A stretch of 64,000 nucleotides of DNA from the human T2T-CHM13v2.0 reference genome, Homo sapiens. The stretch is taken from assembly GCF_009914755.1 (NCBI RefSeq), contig NC_060934.1; one strand, 5' to 3'. Under the pieces are notes generated by a model that did not search any database, was not told the DNA's origin, and saw nothing but the letters and a program-made list of their open reading frames with translations. Shown here piece after piece: positions 25,514 to 39,507 of the stretch (the stretch's first letter is position 1; every line of letters starts with the position of its first letter). A program made the position numbers and the translations under genes.

Positions 25514-27007
25514 GTAAGAGCTTGAAAATCCTCCTTCTGAGGAAACTGATCCTGAACTGAGAGCAGAGGGGCAGAGAACACTCAGCTCTGTGCTCAGGAA
25601 AAGTGTTCTCAACCCACAGTGAACGCCACTCAGGCTGGGCCCAGGGAGGCACTGCTGGCCTGCAGAACTGCCAAGTCATGAAATGATGTACAGGAACAGG
25701 CAGAGAAGGCCCTTCCTTCAGTCCTAGGAAGCAGGCTCCATTTTCCTGAACTGAAGTGGCATAGAACAGGAAGTGAGAAAAAAATTACGCAGCTACCACA
25801 GAGTTAAGGAACTGGCTGTTTAATGGGCCTTCCAGAATGTTCTGGCTTTATTTTCTAATTTTCCAAGTAATTTTTTTGGCTTAATCTTTCTTTCTGATCC
25901 CAGTTGCCAATTTTAGTTGCTCCAATTTCATATTTCATTGGAAGGAATTCCAAACAACTGATTTCCCACATGTGCACTGAACATGTTTTTCTCCAGATGG
26001 ATCAGTTTAAGAAATCTAAGCCAGTGTGTAAGTTCTTAATACCATGGTTATTTGTTTTTATTACCATTAAAGTTATAGATCAGTAGATTGGTTTGTAGTG
26101 AATCTAGAAAGAACAGAAAGGAAGGTCAGTTCCTCATCATTATAGACCACAGAGAGGCTGATTAACAGAGGGAGTGGTTATGTGCTGCTCCACATGGGCT
26201 GGAAGTTCTGAGGTGAGATTTGATATCCCCTGGCCAAGGAGCCCATTTTGTGCTCAGAAATTCAAGCCCTGCCTTCTAGTGGCCCTGTGGAACTGGCACC
26301 CAGGGCCCACTACTGCATCCAAGAGGCAGGGCCAGGGTGGAGAAAAACAACTGTAGAGAGGCTTTTGTGCTAGTTCTAGGCGCACTTCCTTGGACTCAGG
26401 TGAGCCTGCTCATGCGGTTCTTCCATGCTGCTGCTAGATTGCCCCCTAAAATTATATTCAAGGCCTAGTTTAGACCAAACCAAACAAGCAGACATACAAC
26501 CCATTAAACTTGATTCATTTCCCCCTATGGTTTCTGTTCATTAAACAAAGTTTTTCACAGTTGATCTAGAAATCTTACACCTCCATAGCTCAGGATGTGA
26601 AGGTGGCCTAATGCAGACTCCACAACCACTACCCACTCGGCTCAAGGAGCCTGGCATTAAGATGGCATTTGTCCTCACAGCAACGCACTGGAATGTACAG
26701 CAGGATTGTTGACATTGGCAATGTTGTCAACTGCCTGGCCCAGAGGCGGTACCTCACACACACTGCCTAAGTAATTATTGTTTTATTGTTGTCATTGTTG
26801 GTATTAAGGCAATAGTGTGTAATGCCAGAGAGTGCTGAGGGTTGCCTCAGAGGTACACCCAGGCCTGGTGTTCACGACCTGGGGGCAGGATGGAGCGAGG
26901 GGGAGCAATAATGAGCCTAGCTTCCTGCCTGACTCCGGAAATGCCTCTGCAGCAGGAGAAAGGGTCTTGACTCTGCTGATGGAATTATCCCTTCCCTTTT
27001 CATGTAG

Positions 27008-27070
27008 CTTCTGCTCTTTCCAACCCAGCCTGAAGGGGAAAGCCACCTCGGAGGACACCCTCAATCTAAG
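27008..27070 (+). CDS. WDFY4: WDFY4 internal coding exon (63 nt; (S)FCSFQPSLKGKATSEDTLNL(R)), end of PH domain and PH-BEACH linker
   Basis: Acceptor cccttttcatgtAG and donor AAG|GTAATG at 27071. Phase 2 in, phase 2 out, in frame with the previous exon. Confidence 0.92.
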
Positions 27071-27759
27071 GTAATGGCGGGTAGCCATGCTGTCTGGGCA
27101 TGGCACTGCCCTGGCTTTGATGTTCCTCCTCTGCCTCATCCCACTCTAAAGAAGTCTTGCAGAGAGCATGCCCAACAGTTTCCCTCATTTTTCTCTCTCC
27201 TATTCCTATACATCCTTCATCCTACTCCTGAAATTCCTTCTGCCAGTTAAACCTCTGTGAACAGACTTGAAGTCTCACATGCCCTGTGGCTTTTTCAGAC
27301 CCAAGTGGCAGGAAGCCATCCTCTGCCTTTGGTGACTGGGCAGGTGGCACAGAGGTGTGGAGTCAGGCCCAGCCTTGGAGGTCAGGCCCTCCCATGGGGG
27401 TGTGTGAGCAATCCCATGCTGTCCCTCCTGTGATGAGGGTTTCTGAACGCTTAGAAGCTAAATTCATACAAGTTGGTGTGCGAATCAGACATTAATTTAG
27501 GAATCTGTGCTATGGGGCGTCTCTCCCAGTGAATGAATTGCTTGCAGTCCCCCCCGCCGCCGCCAGGTCCCCTTTCCAGCTACCCAGTTCTCTGGAAGGC
27601 CACTTAGGGATCAGTAGGTGTTTTTATTTCAGTCGGGGTGAGAATAGAAGAAGGTGGTAGCTGGTTTTCTACAGGAATGTGTGGGGACCAATCAAGAGGG
27701 TGTCCCCAGGAATGACATTCAAGATATTTATAATCAGTATAAAATGGGTCTCACTAATT

Positions 27760-29330
<1,571 letters not shown>

Positions 29331-32300
29331 CTAATTGCAGTGGCTACCAGCAGAGGCTCCTATTGTGCCAGGCACTTACCCTTTATAGATTGTGGTGAAG
29401 TGCAAGGCATGCCAGGGTATGGTCCAGGGGACCCGGGCAGCAGTGGGTCGCTGGAGTTGGGGTGGCTGTTTACCAACTGTAATGGGCATAGTTTAATAGT
29501 TCAACAACAGGATAGTCCTAATTGTGCATATCTGCTGAATCTCAGCCCTGCTGATCTCATATTGTTTATGTTTCATATAAGCCTTTATGTTCATACTTGG
29601 ATTTCTCAGCACTGTTTCAGTACAAGGTAAAAAGCTATTTCAAACTAATTGAAGCAAAAAAGAGGATTCATGATAGCATCTACCTGAAGGTCAAAAATGG
29701 TCTGGCTCCAGGCATGGCTGGACCGCTAGGCACAAGTAAGTCTGCAGGAAGTGGTGGCTCTCCCTCTCTCAGGGAGGATTTTACTTGGCCTGGCTCCATT
29801 TCTCATAGGCGTTCTCATCACAGGGGCACCGATGCCCCCAACAGCTCCAGACTGACAGTCAATCATGCAGGAATCCCACCACACACCGTACATGCTCTAT
29901 CCCGGTAACTTTAGCAAAACTTCCCAAACTGTCATTTTCCCCAGTTAGGTTAATTACATGCCCATCCCAGAACCAATCAAGTGTTTTCATTGGCTGGATC
30001 GGAGGGATGTACCCGCCCAGCTTCTGGGGATAGGGTCAGTCCCACCCAACTACATAGACCAAATTGAGGGGAGTATGGTTCCCTGAGAAAATCAAGGTTC
30101 TGTTATCCACAAGGGGGTGAGCACTAAGGGTGTCAGCAAAAGCAGGTGGCCACACATGGTTCCACGCAGAGGGAAGTTCCAAGCCGCAGCACTCATGGGC
30201 TGCAGATGGTTTTCTCTCTCCCTGGAGCAATGCTGCATCAATCATGACACACATCACTTCACTGGGCTCCATTGTCTCTGCAGCTCACCCTTTGATGAAC
30301 CTATTCTGTAATGTCACTCAGTGACAGCATAGCTGTCCCTATGACTGTGGGTAGCTCTCTGTCCATTATTTGTCTTTTGTCCTCAGAATCTTAGTGTTGC
30401 CTTGCCTGGAAACACTTACCTTCCTCCACATACCTTCTACTCCAAATATAGAGGGGCAGGTAGAGGAGGGGCAGAGGGAGGAATGCAGAAGAGGAGCTTA
30501 CCCCCAGCTGTGCCCACTAAGTTAGAGGCCCCTCAGAAATGATTGCCAGGTTGGAGGAAGATGATGTTTTGTAGATGAGTCAAATGTCTGGAGATTACTC
30601 CTTACTCATCCCCAGGTTGATGATGACCTGCAATGCCAACCTGTGTACCACCTTGCTTCTGTGGTACAGTTGAGCCCCATTCTGATTTTATTTCCAATGT
30701 GATTATTTTTGCCATCATGGCTACCTGATCCCACTGGAGCAGGGTCTTCCAGGGCTATGCTGGGTCATTCCTGGCACAGTCTCAGCACAGCTCCAGGTTG
30801 GAGACCCTTGGAGAAGCTTCTGGGGTCATCTAGGAACAGTGCTTAGTGCTTCAGAGGAATGCTCATCTCAGTTCATGGAAGGAGAGCCTCAGCAAAATGC
30901 GGACACCCCGCAGAGTGCTGACCCTCGGCTCTGAGGCCACCCATGCAGTGAGGGCATGTGGCAAGACTGTGCTAAATAAACAGCCCCGGGCTTCAGGATC
31001 AAGCTGATTTGGGCTCATAGTAGGTGCCCAGTAAATTGTAATCCTTCTGCCTAATTTTAGAATCACCTGATGTGTGTTTGGGCATGTTAACAGAAGAATT
31101 GATTAAAAGCAGGTGGCTCTCCTTGCTCTCAGCTCCTCGGAGTGGCCCCCTTTCCAGCCCTTCTCTTGCCAGCCCAATTGTGGCTTCAGGAGCTCCAGGG
31201 TGGGAAGGCAGTGGTGGCCCTCAGCCTTAGGAGGGCTTGGCTGGCCACTGACATATGCCTGGAATGAAGCTGATGATTTTTCTTTTGGATCACTGGAGGC
31301 AATAATCATAGAATGAGTCTTGAAAAATGCCTAGCTGCTTGTTAGTCACTCTAATGAATGTGGACTTCTTACCTATAAACGAGGTGTGTGTGCCGTTCTG
31401 AGGGTTTTCAACTGGCCCATGACACTTGGCCTAGGCTACAGATTTTCATGCCCTAAACCTTCAGCTTTTGATGACTCATGTGGCTCCTTTGGACACCATC
31501 CCACACATACAGGAAAATCAGAGCTTTTGGTACCAGAGTTTGCTGAGGCTTTCAGTGACAATGGTTGCCTCCATAACTATATATATGCTAAGAAGGCTCT
31601 CTGGGCCTGAATTCCAAGTAGAAAATACTTGCAAAGCCTGCGTGAATCCTGTCCCAATGGTACAGGACTGAACCTTTTGAAGACAGCATGGTAGCCTGTT
31701 CAGACTTCTGTGGGGTGCAAGGTTCTGCAAGCCGACAGGGCCTTCTAACATATGCCAGCTAGAGCTGTTGGATGAGTCCTGCTCTGTGGTGTTGAATACC
31801 GGCAGGATTTTTGAGATGTAAAAAGACCAATCAGAAAAGGAGAAATGATGGCAGGAACTGCAGGGAAAGGGGGCAGCTAGCTGGAATGCACTTGTGGATA
31901 AACACACATCCTCACACTTAAATGTACTCATGCCCTTCCAGAAAGGGCTACAGACAGCTTCAAAATTAAACACAGGGTACAACCATCCTTTAACAATTAC
32001 CCAACCCCTTTAAAGGGGAAAAAATAGGTGTGGTCATGTGGAGTGAGTTACTCTAATTGTCCTGAGACTAAGAAAACTAAAACAAACAATCATATTGGCT
32101 TATATTATTTTCCAGGGATAGATAATAAGAAACAGGCTTTTGCGATTTTTTTTTTTTATTTCTGGAACATACTTTCTCTTGGTGCTGAATATCAAATTTG
32201 GTTCTTCTCTAAAGGATTGTGGGTACCAAAGGTGGCAATTCCTTTTTAATAAAACATACAAAAAGAGTACTGGGGAACCTAATTCTCTGTATCAGTTCTC

Positions 32301-33839
32301 TGCATGAATGGGAGCCTAACATTCGCACTTATTTTTGTACAGGCATTTCTTTGGGAAGCTAACAATACCTGGCTCAGTTACATTGCTTTCTAATGACCTC
32401 AGTTCATACTGAGCCCAGATTTTAGAAAACTCAGAGAAATACAAGGCTAGGATGCCTATCTGATTCTCTTTCTCTCAAATCTCTCTTGGGCTCAGCACAT
32501 ATTTTTGGATAAACTGGAAACATCCACCATGTCATTGAGGCAAAAGCATCCCCGGGCTGGAGAAAGCCACTGGGTGTGAGATGGTGCTTGTATTCAGGGC
32601 CTGATTGTACCTGGGTGTTTGCAGTTCCTAAAATCATTCTTAACTGTATAAATTCTTCATATATAATGTTTAGAATGAAATTTATTTTGGGGGTGCAAAG
32701 ATTTACAGTTGAACATTTTCAGTTTATTGTCTCCTTTAGAGATTATCTTTGAAAAATAATGAAAGACAAATAACTTAAAAAACCTACCATAAGAACCTAT
32801 GCGATTCCCATGAGAATATGACCTTCCATGTTAATTAACCACACCCCAGAGGCACCACAGTTAGCTGGGGGGAGGCTAAAGTTCAAGCTCCCCTTCCTAG
32901 CATTTCTCCTCCTTCAATCCTGCCCCCTAGAGATTCATGCCATTGGCTACAGATCTGTAAGGTACACAAATGCTTAACTAGTAAAGGTAGTGCTGGCTCC
33001 ACCACTGAGTAGAGAAGCATGGTCCTTGGATTTCTTGCTGTACTGAAGCCCTGGGAGCACAACTGTGGAGACCAAACTACTCATATCCTCTGTCTATACC
33101 AGAGTCACTGGGACCAGAGGCGAACGGCACCTGGCTGCAGACTCAAAATGAGAGTGACAGCCAGTGCTGCAGCATCTAGGAGCTTGTTCACACATTTGGC
33201 TTTGTGGGCCATGAGCATCTGATCCCTGGCCATTCTTCCTAGGTCATGATCAGACCTTGGCCGTGGCCCCATTCCATGTTCATCTTTGTCTGGCTGTACT
33301 AGGTTCATGCCTCATCTCTGCTGTATCCTTAGCCGTAACCTCAGATCCCTTCCAGGGCAAAAGCCTGATGCAAGCCCCAGTCACTGTAGCAAGCCTGCCC
33401 TTTTTCCTTCCAACTCTACCCAGCCACATTGCTTCCACAACCTTTATGCTCCCACACCACCAGGGGTGGGGAACAGGTGTGCAAATGCCCAGGAATGCTG
33501 ATGAGCAACCCACTGGTTCAAGGTTTCTGCCATCCTAGTTGCCCCCTGTGCCCAGCTACCTCCAGAAAACCTGGGACATAGAGATTTCATGCAGTTTCTA
33601 TTTATTTTGCAACTTTTTCAGGAATCTGCAAGAATAAGATCAACAACGGGAAATTTTAGATTAGCCGGCTGAGCCGAGGTTAAGGTGCCTGAATTGCCTT
33701 ACTCTGTGCCTCAATTGTATATCTAGGCTGACTCGGTGTTTTAGATTCTCATGTTAAGCTTGCCATAGTGCCTCATAAATCAGCACTGGGCAGATGTATA
33801 AGGATCTATTGATTGTTGCATCTAGGCTGTAAGATTTTT

Positions 33840-34635
33840 TTTTTTAATTTTTATTTCAAAATATTGATTCACAGTTGCAAAAATAGTACAGAGAGACACT
33901 GTACACCTTTCACTTAATATCCCCCTCTACCATGGTTACATTTTATATAGCTATAGCACAATTTCAGAACCAGGACACTGACACTGGTACATGTGTATGC
34001 GTAGCTCTTTGTCATTTTATCACATGTAGATTTGAGTAACCACCACCACAATCGACATACACAGTTATTTTATCACCACAAAGATATCTCTGTGCTACCA
34101 CTTTATAGTTATGCCTACCTCCCTGTCTTCCCCCACCATCCTTAAATCCTGGGAATCATGAATCTGTTTTTCATATCTATTATTTTTTCATTTACAGACT
34201 GTTCTATACATGGAATCATAGAGTATGTGACTTTTGGAGATGGGCATTTTTTTTTAACTGAGAATAGTGCCATTGAGATACATTCAAGTTGTTGCATGTA
34301 TCAGTGGTCTGTTCCTCTTTTCGCTGAGTAGTATTCCATGATAGAAATATACCAGTTTGTTTAACAATTTGTGCATTGAGCAAAATTTGGTTGTTTCCAT
34401 TTTGTGGTCATTACAAATAAAGCAGATTGTTTACATTTATTACAATTATCAAAATGTTAGAATACAAGTCTGCCATTTTATTTTTATTTTTTGTTTTTTT
34501 CCTGTTGTTTATTTCTCTGGTTTCTTTTTCCTGCCTACCTATGCACCATTGAAAGATTTGTTAAAATCCTACCTTATCTATAGTATTTTTTAGCATATTT
34601 TTCTATATAACTTTTTGTATAAATTGGAGTTGCTT
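33840..34635 (-). mobile_element. Old L1M 3' fragment(s)
   Basis: atggaatcatagagtatgtgacttttg, cattcaagttgttgcatgtatcagt, gtagtattccatg (L1M 3' UTR, antisense). Confidence 0.65.
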
Positions 34636-34639
34636 GAGG

Positions 34640-35046
34640 TATCTTAGTCCATTTGCATTGCTGTAAAGGAATACTTAAGGCTAGGTAATTTATAAAGAAA
34701 AGAAGTTTATTTGAGTCATGGTTCTTACAAGCTGTACAGGTGCCGGCACCTCCTTCTGGTGAGGGCTTTGGGGTATAGGTGCTTCCACTCATGGTGGAAG
34801 GTGAAGGGGAGCAGGCATCACATAGTGAGAGGAAGAGAGAGAGAGGAGAGGGAGGTGCCAAGGTCTTTTTAACAATCAATTTTCAACAGGATCTAATACA
34901 GTGAGAACTCACTCATTACCAAAAGGATGGCACCAGGCCATTCATGAGGGACCCACCCCCATGACCTTCCATTAGGCCCCACCTCCAACACTGGGGATCA
35001 AATCTCAACATGAGGTTTGGAGGAGACAAATGCCCAAACCATATCA
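34640..35046 (-). mobile_element. MST (MSTA/B-like) solo LTR
   Basis: ttagtccatttgcattgctgtaaaggaatac...ggtaatttataaagaaaagaagtttattt...ccaaaccatatca. Confidence 0.85.
34706..34711 (-). terminator. Distal poly(A) signal candidate for LRRC18, inside an MST LTR
   Basis: TTTATT on +, at the position of the native poly(A) signal of a co-oriented MaLR LTR. Confidence 0.5.
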
Positions 35047-35396
35047 GTATCTCATTATACCTACATAAATTTATCACAGACTACTGGCATTGAGATGTAC
35101 TAGTCTGAGTGAAATGTAGAGGCAGTAAGCCTTTTAAGTCTTAAAGTCTTAAATATTTAGTTGTCTATAATATATAATCTGTAATTTTCTTAAATTTTTT
35201 TCTATATACATTTTAAAAACCACATCAAATATTTCCCAAAGTCATTTTCACACACAGGTGGGCTAAAGCTAAGGGAGGTGAAGTGAATTTGAGAAGCAAG
35301 TCGGTGGCTTGGCCAGCTCCGGCGAGCCTGGTTTCCAGAACATCTCACTTGCCACTCTGTCTTCTCCTAACTGGGGGCTTCTCCTCTTCAGAGTCG

Positions 35397-35402
35397 TTTA
35401 TT
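35397..35402 (-). terminator. Proximal poly(A) signal candidate for LRRC18
   Basis: TTTATT on + (AATAAA on -), about 40 nt after the LRRC18 stop codon. Confidence 0.5.
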
Positions 35403-35442
35403 CTGTTAGCTGAGTAGTCTTCAAGATTTTGCCACAGCTACT

Positions 35443-35464
35443 CTAGGAAGATGTCAAGCGTATT
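35443..35464 (-). CDS. LRRC18: LRRC18 last coding exon ((R)IRLTSS*), completing a 261-aa protein
   Basis: Minus strand reads ccttcttgtgtctccatcccCAG|A ATA CGC TTG ACA TCT TCC TAG. Phase matches the AG left by the 38598 donor. Confidence 0.88.
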
Positions 35465-35738
35465 CTGGGGATGGAGACACAAGAAGGTGAGGCAATTGCT
35501 CCAGGCCACAGAGGCAAACACAGCAAGGGCAGAGGTCACACCAGCTCACCAAGGTCATGCCTGACCTTCAGGATGGTCAGGTTAGTGTGAATGGGGGTTT
35601 TGTTGTATTTGAGGAAAGAGAACACCCAAGGCTTTCCTATGAAGTATTTTTATGCTTAATACAATTTCCAAGGAGTAAAGGTGACTGAGGTATTTTAGAG
35701 CATGAAGGAACACCAACATCAAACCTTTTCCTTGGCAG

Positions 35739-35823
35739 AAAAAGAAATAGAATGCGGAAGATGCCTCCTAACTGGTCTCTATCTCCAGTCTGCTTCGTCC
35801 TGCTGCCAGCATTTCCTGGCTAA
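35739..35823 (+). CDS. WDFY4: Candidate alternative terminal coding exon of WDFY4 ((R)KRNRMRKMPPNWSLSPVCFVLLPAFPG*)
   Basis: Acceptor aaccttttccttggcAG at 35737-35738. Entering in phase 2 from exon 27008-27070 gives 27 further codons and then TAA at 35821-35823. Use of this exon is inferred, not shown. Confidence 0.5.
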
Positions 35824-38596
35824 AGAGGTGTCTGACTTGAATGCATTGAGGCAAATCCAGCCCACTGCCTGTGTATGTCTCAATCCTGGTAAAGTTAAAT
35901 GCACTTGAAACTCCTTCCTGAGATGTGTGATAAGAGGCAAAGCATGATAAAGCCCCAGAGCAAGGCTGGAGTGAGTGTCAGGCCAGCCAAGCAGTTGGCA
36001 GCAAGTAAGGGTGTTGAGGACCAAGCATGGCAAGAAGTGTGCTGCAGCGGGGAAGGGAGGACGTGGACCAGCAAACCCTGGGCACCAGGTGGGCTCTGTA
36101 ACCTCGATGTTTCTCTTAACTTCTCTCCTTTGCTGAACCTTTTGAATACCTAAGGAGGGAAAATTAATTCTAAAGAAAAAGTGTCTGAAGGGGGAGAAAT
36201 TGAAATGGAAAGTCATCATGTAGCTATCCGGCACTGTCTGTCTCAATCATATGTCTCTGCGTGGACTCTATACCTTTTGGGTCAGAGAAGAAGTGACTGA
36301 AATAGCAGATTGGCTCCCTTATGGATATGTCCAAGACCTGGCAGGCTAGCGGTGGCTCCTATACCTACAGCATGGTGTCTCATCACACATGTCTCAGACA
36401 CGGTCACTCCCCTCAGCTTCAGAAGGGGTTCTCATGAGTCATTTCAGACAGTAGGTGAAGAGAAAAATGTGAAGGACAGTGCTTAGTGCTGGCAAGGATG
36501 CCGGGAAATGGGTTCTCTACTACGTTACTGGTAGGCGTACGTGTGTAAACCTTTTATGAGCTACTTGATGGCATGTATCAACATTATTGTTAAAAGACAC
36601 CCTTTAACACAATATTTCCAATAATGAGGCTATGCCAAGGAAATAATTAAAAATATTTTAAAATGTTTTAGTTATATAGGCTCTCATCACAAGACTATTC
36701 CCATTAGTGAAAACTGAAAATAACTTAAAGGTACAACAGTAACTTATAGTTATGTATATCCACAAGAATAACTATCTTGCAGATGTTTTAAAGTGTGTTT
36801 ATTAATACCAGGTAACAGCATGGGTTTCAAAGCAGGACAGAAATGACAGGAATGCTATAATTTTAACTATGTATAAAAATATATACAGAAAAATAACTAG
36901 TAAGGAACTCTGCCAGCATTGCAGCTGACATACTGTAGAATGATGAATGCTTTAAGCTACTATATTTAGTAGTATGTTGTGGTTCTGTTACTTCTACAAT
37001 GAAAAACACTTAATAAAGGGAAAAACTAAAATGAAAATTTTGAATCTAGATCTCCCAAGGTTTTAGAAATATGATAGGGTTGTCATAGCTAAGCATTACA
37101 AGAGGAAGTAAGCAGCAAGGGGTGAAGAAATGAAATGTGCTGTGTGCTGTGGTTGACAATGTGAGGAGAAAATAAGTTAATACCACTTCACTGATGGATG
37201 CCTCTTGGTGCTTCTCATCATCCACTCAGCAAACTTGCCAACAACATAGGAAAGTCCTGGGGGAAAAAAGCCTCCCTCAAGGTATCATTCTTGATCTTTT
37301 CTTTTACCCACATGAAGGTGTGAGAGTGTGGTACACAGGGAGGCCAGAGAAGGTTCTCAGCTATTGTGAGGATTGACTTGGTTGCTGTCATTTTCTACCA
37401 AAAGATCTAGCGTAACTGGCACCACTGTTCAAAGTAGTATTTCAGCTTTGCAATGAACTAAGTTATGGTTCTGGAAGAAAACTGGCTTCTGCTGAGTACG
37501 TTCTCCATGTGCTGCCTGTTTTAGAGGCACAGAACACTTGGAGTTCAGTGTGGCATTATTCCCACTTCACGAGTGAGGGAACCTAAGCTATGTTAGGTGC
37601 CCAAGGGGATGCCAAGTCAGAAGCAGAGCTGCCATGGACCTAGACCTGTCCAACCTCAGAATCTTTGGCTTTTCTCTTTGCCAGGCCAGCCCTGCACATC
37701 CACGACTGGGATCTCCTGAATGCCTCAGACAGTGGTGCTCTGCCCCATCTCATTTCAGTTGCTCTCTCCTCCAGCTTGCACCAGGCAAGCCAAGCTTTCC
37801 CCAAAGGGACACGGCCCCTGCACCTAGCATGGTGCTGAGTAAGGTGTTGATTTATTGAATGCACCAATCCATACTTGCCACCATTATTTCGTTTCTCCTA
37901 TGAGGATCTGGAAAAACACTGAATGTAATAGGATGGGAGTGCAACTTCATTCATTCACAGCCAGTCAGAGGTCTGCAGGTTTAGCCAAGAAAGCTCATAG
38001 AGCAAGTTATGCAAGCTCAGTTCAGAGAGAAAACATTGCTTTGGGCCTAAGAAGCTATCTGCCTATTGATGCCTTAATAATAAAACCTGCCCATTTCTGT
38101 GGTCCAGCTCTGTCCCCTACCCAACACCAAGTGCTCATCTACTTTCTTACAAACTCATGCTCTGAGATTCCTTGCCTTTGAAGCCCAGACCCAAAACATT
38201 TCCATTAAATAACTTCACATTTGGGATCTGGCAGTGGGCTCTGAAATGCCAGTGATAGTGAGTGTGTGGCGGCATTAGCTGCTTAGGCCACAGTGGTAGA
38301 CAAGAGAGATCTGGGGGCAAGAGTAGGATGGACATGGACAGGCCCTTCCTGACTCACTGTGCCTGTACTTGTGAGTGTGTGTGCAGAGGACAGAGAAATG
38401 TGTGGAATGGCAAGGAATCAAAAGCCCTTCAATCAACACAATCACACGCCGAGAAAGTAAGGAAAGGAGTTTTATGGGCTTGACTGAAAGAGCTGCTGCA
38501 GCCACAGGGGAGCCCTTGGTTTCCTGTGGAGGTAGCCCACTGCCCTCTTCCCTCCCTCTCTCTTTCCCTTCTGCCTCAGGGTCAGGTTCCAAGTCA

Positions 38597-39367
<771 letters not shown>

Positions 39368-39497
39368 TTAGTAAGGGAGTGTTAGAAGTTTATTGTTCTG
39401 ATTGGATAGTGATCAGTGTGAGGAAAAATCATGAAAAACTGCTGAAAGATAAGAAAACATCTGGTTAGGAGATGCCAGAGGGCACTGGGCTCCCCCA

Positions 39498-39507
39498 CGT
39501 CATGACG
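39498..39507. promoter_or_regulatory. Palindromic double CRE half-site CGTCATGACG upstream of the LRRC18 coding exon
   Basis: Perfect 10-bp palindrome with TGACG on both strands, about 140 nt upstream of the LRRC18 ATG. Both CpGs are retained in a CpG-poor context. Confidence 0.4.

Noticed and set aside
34651-34658. Octamer ATTTGCAT
   Set aside because: A single 8-mer inside an LTR, expected by chance in 64 kb.
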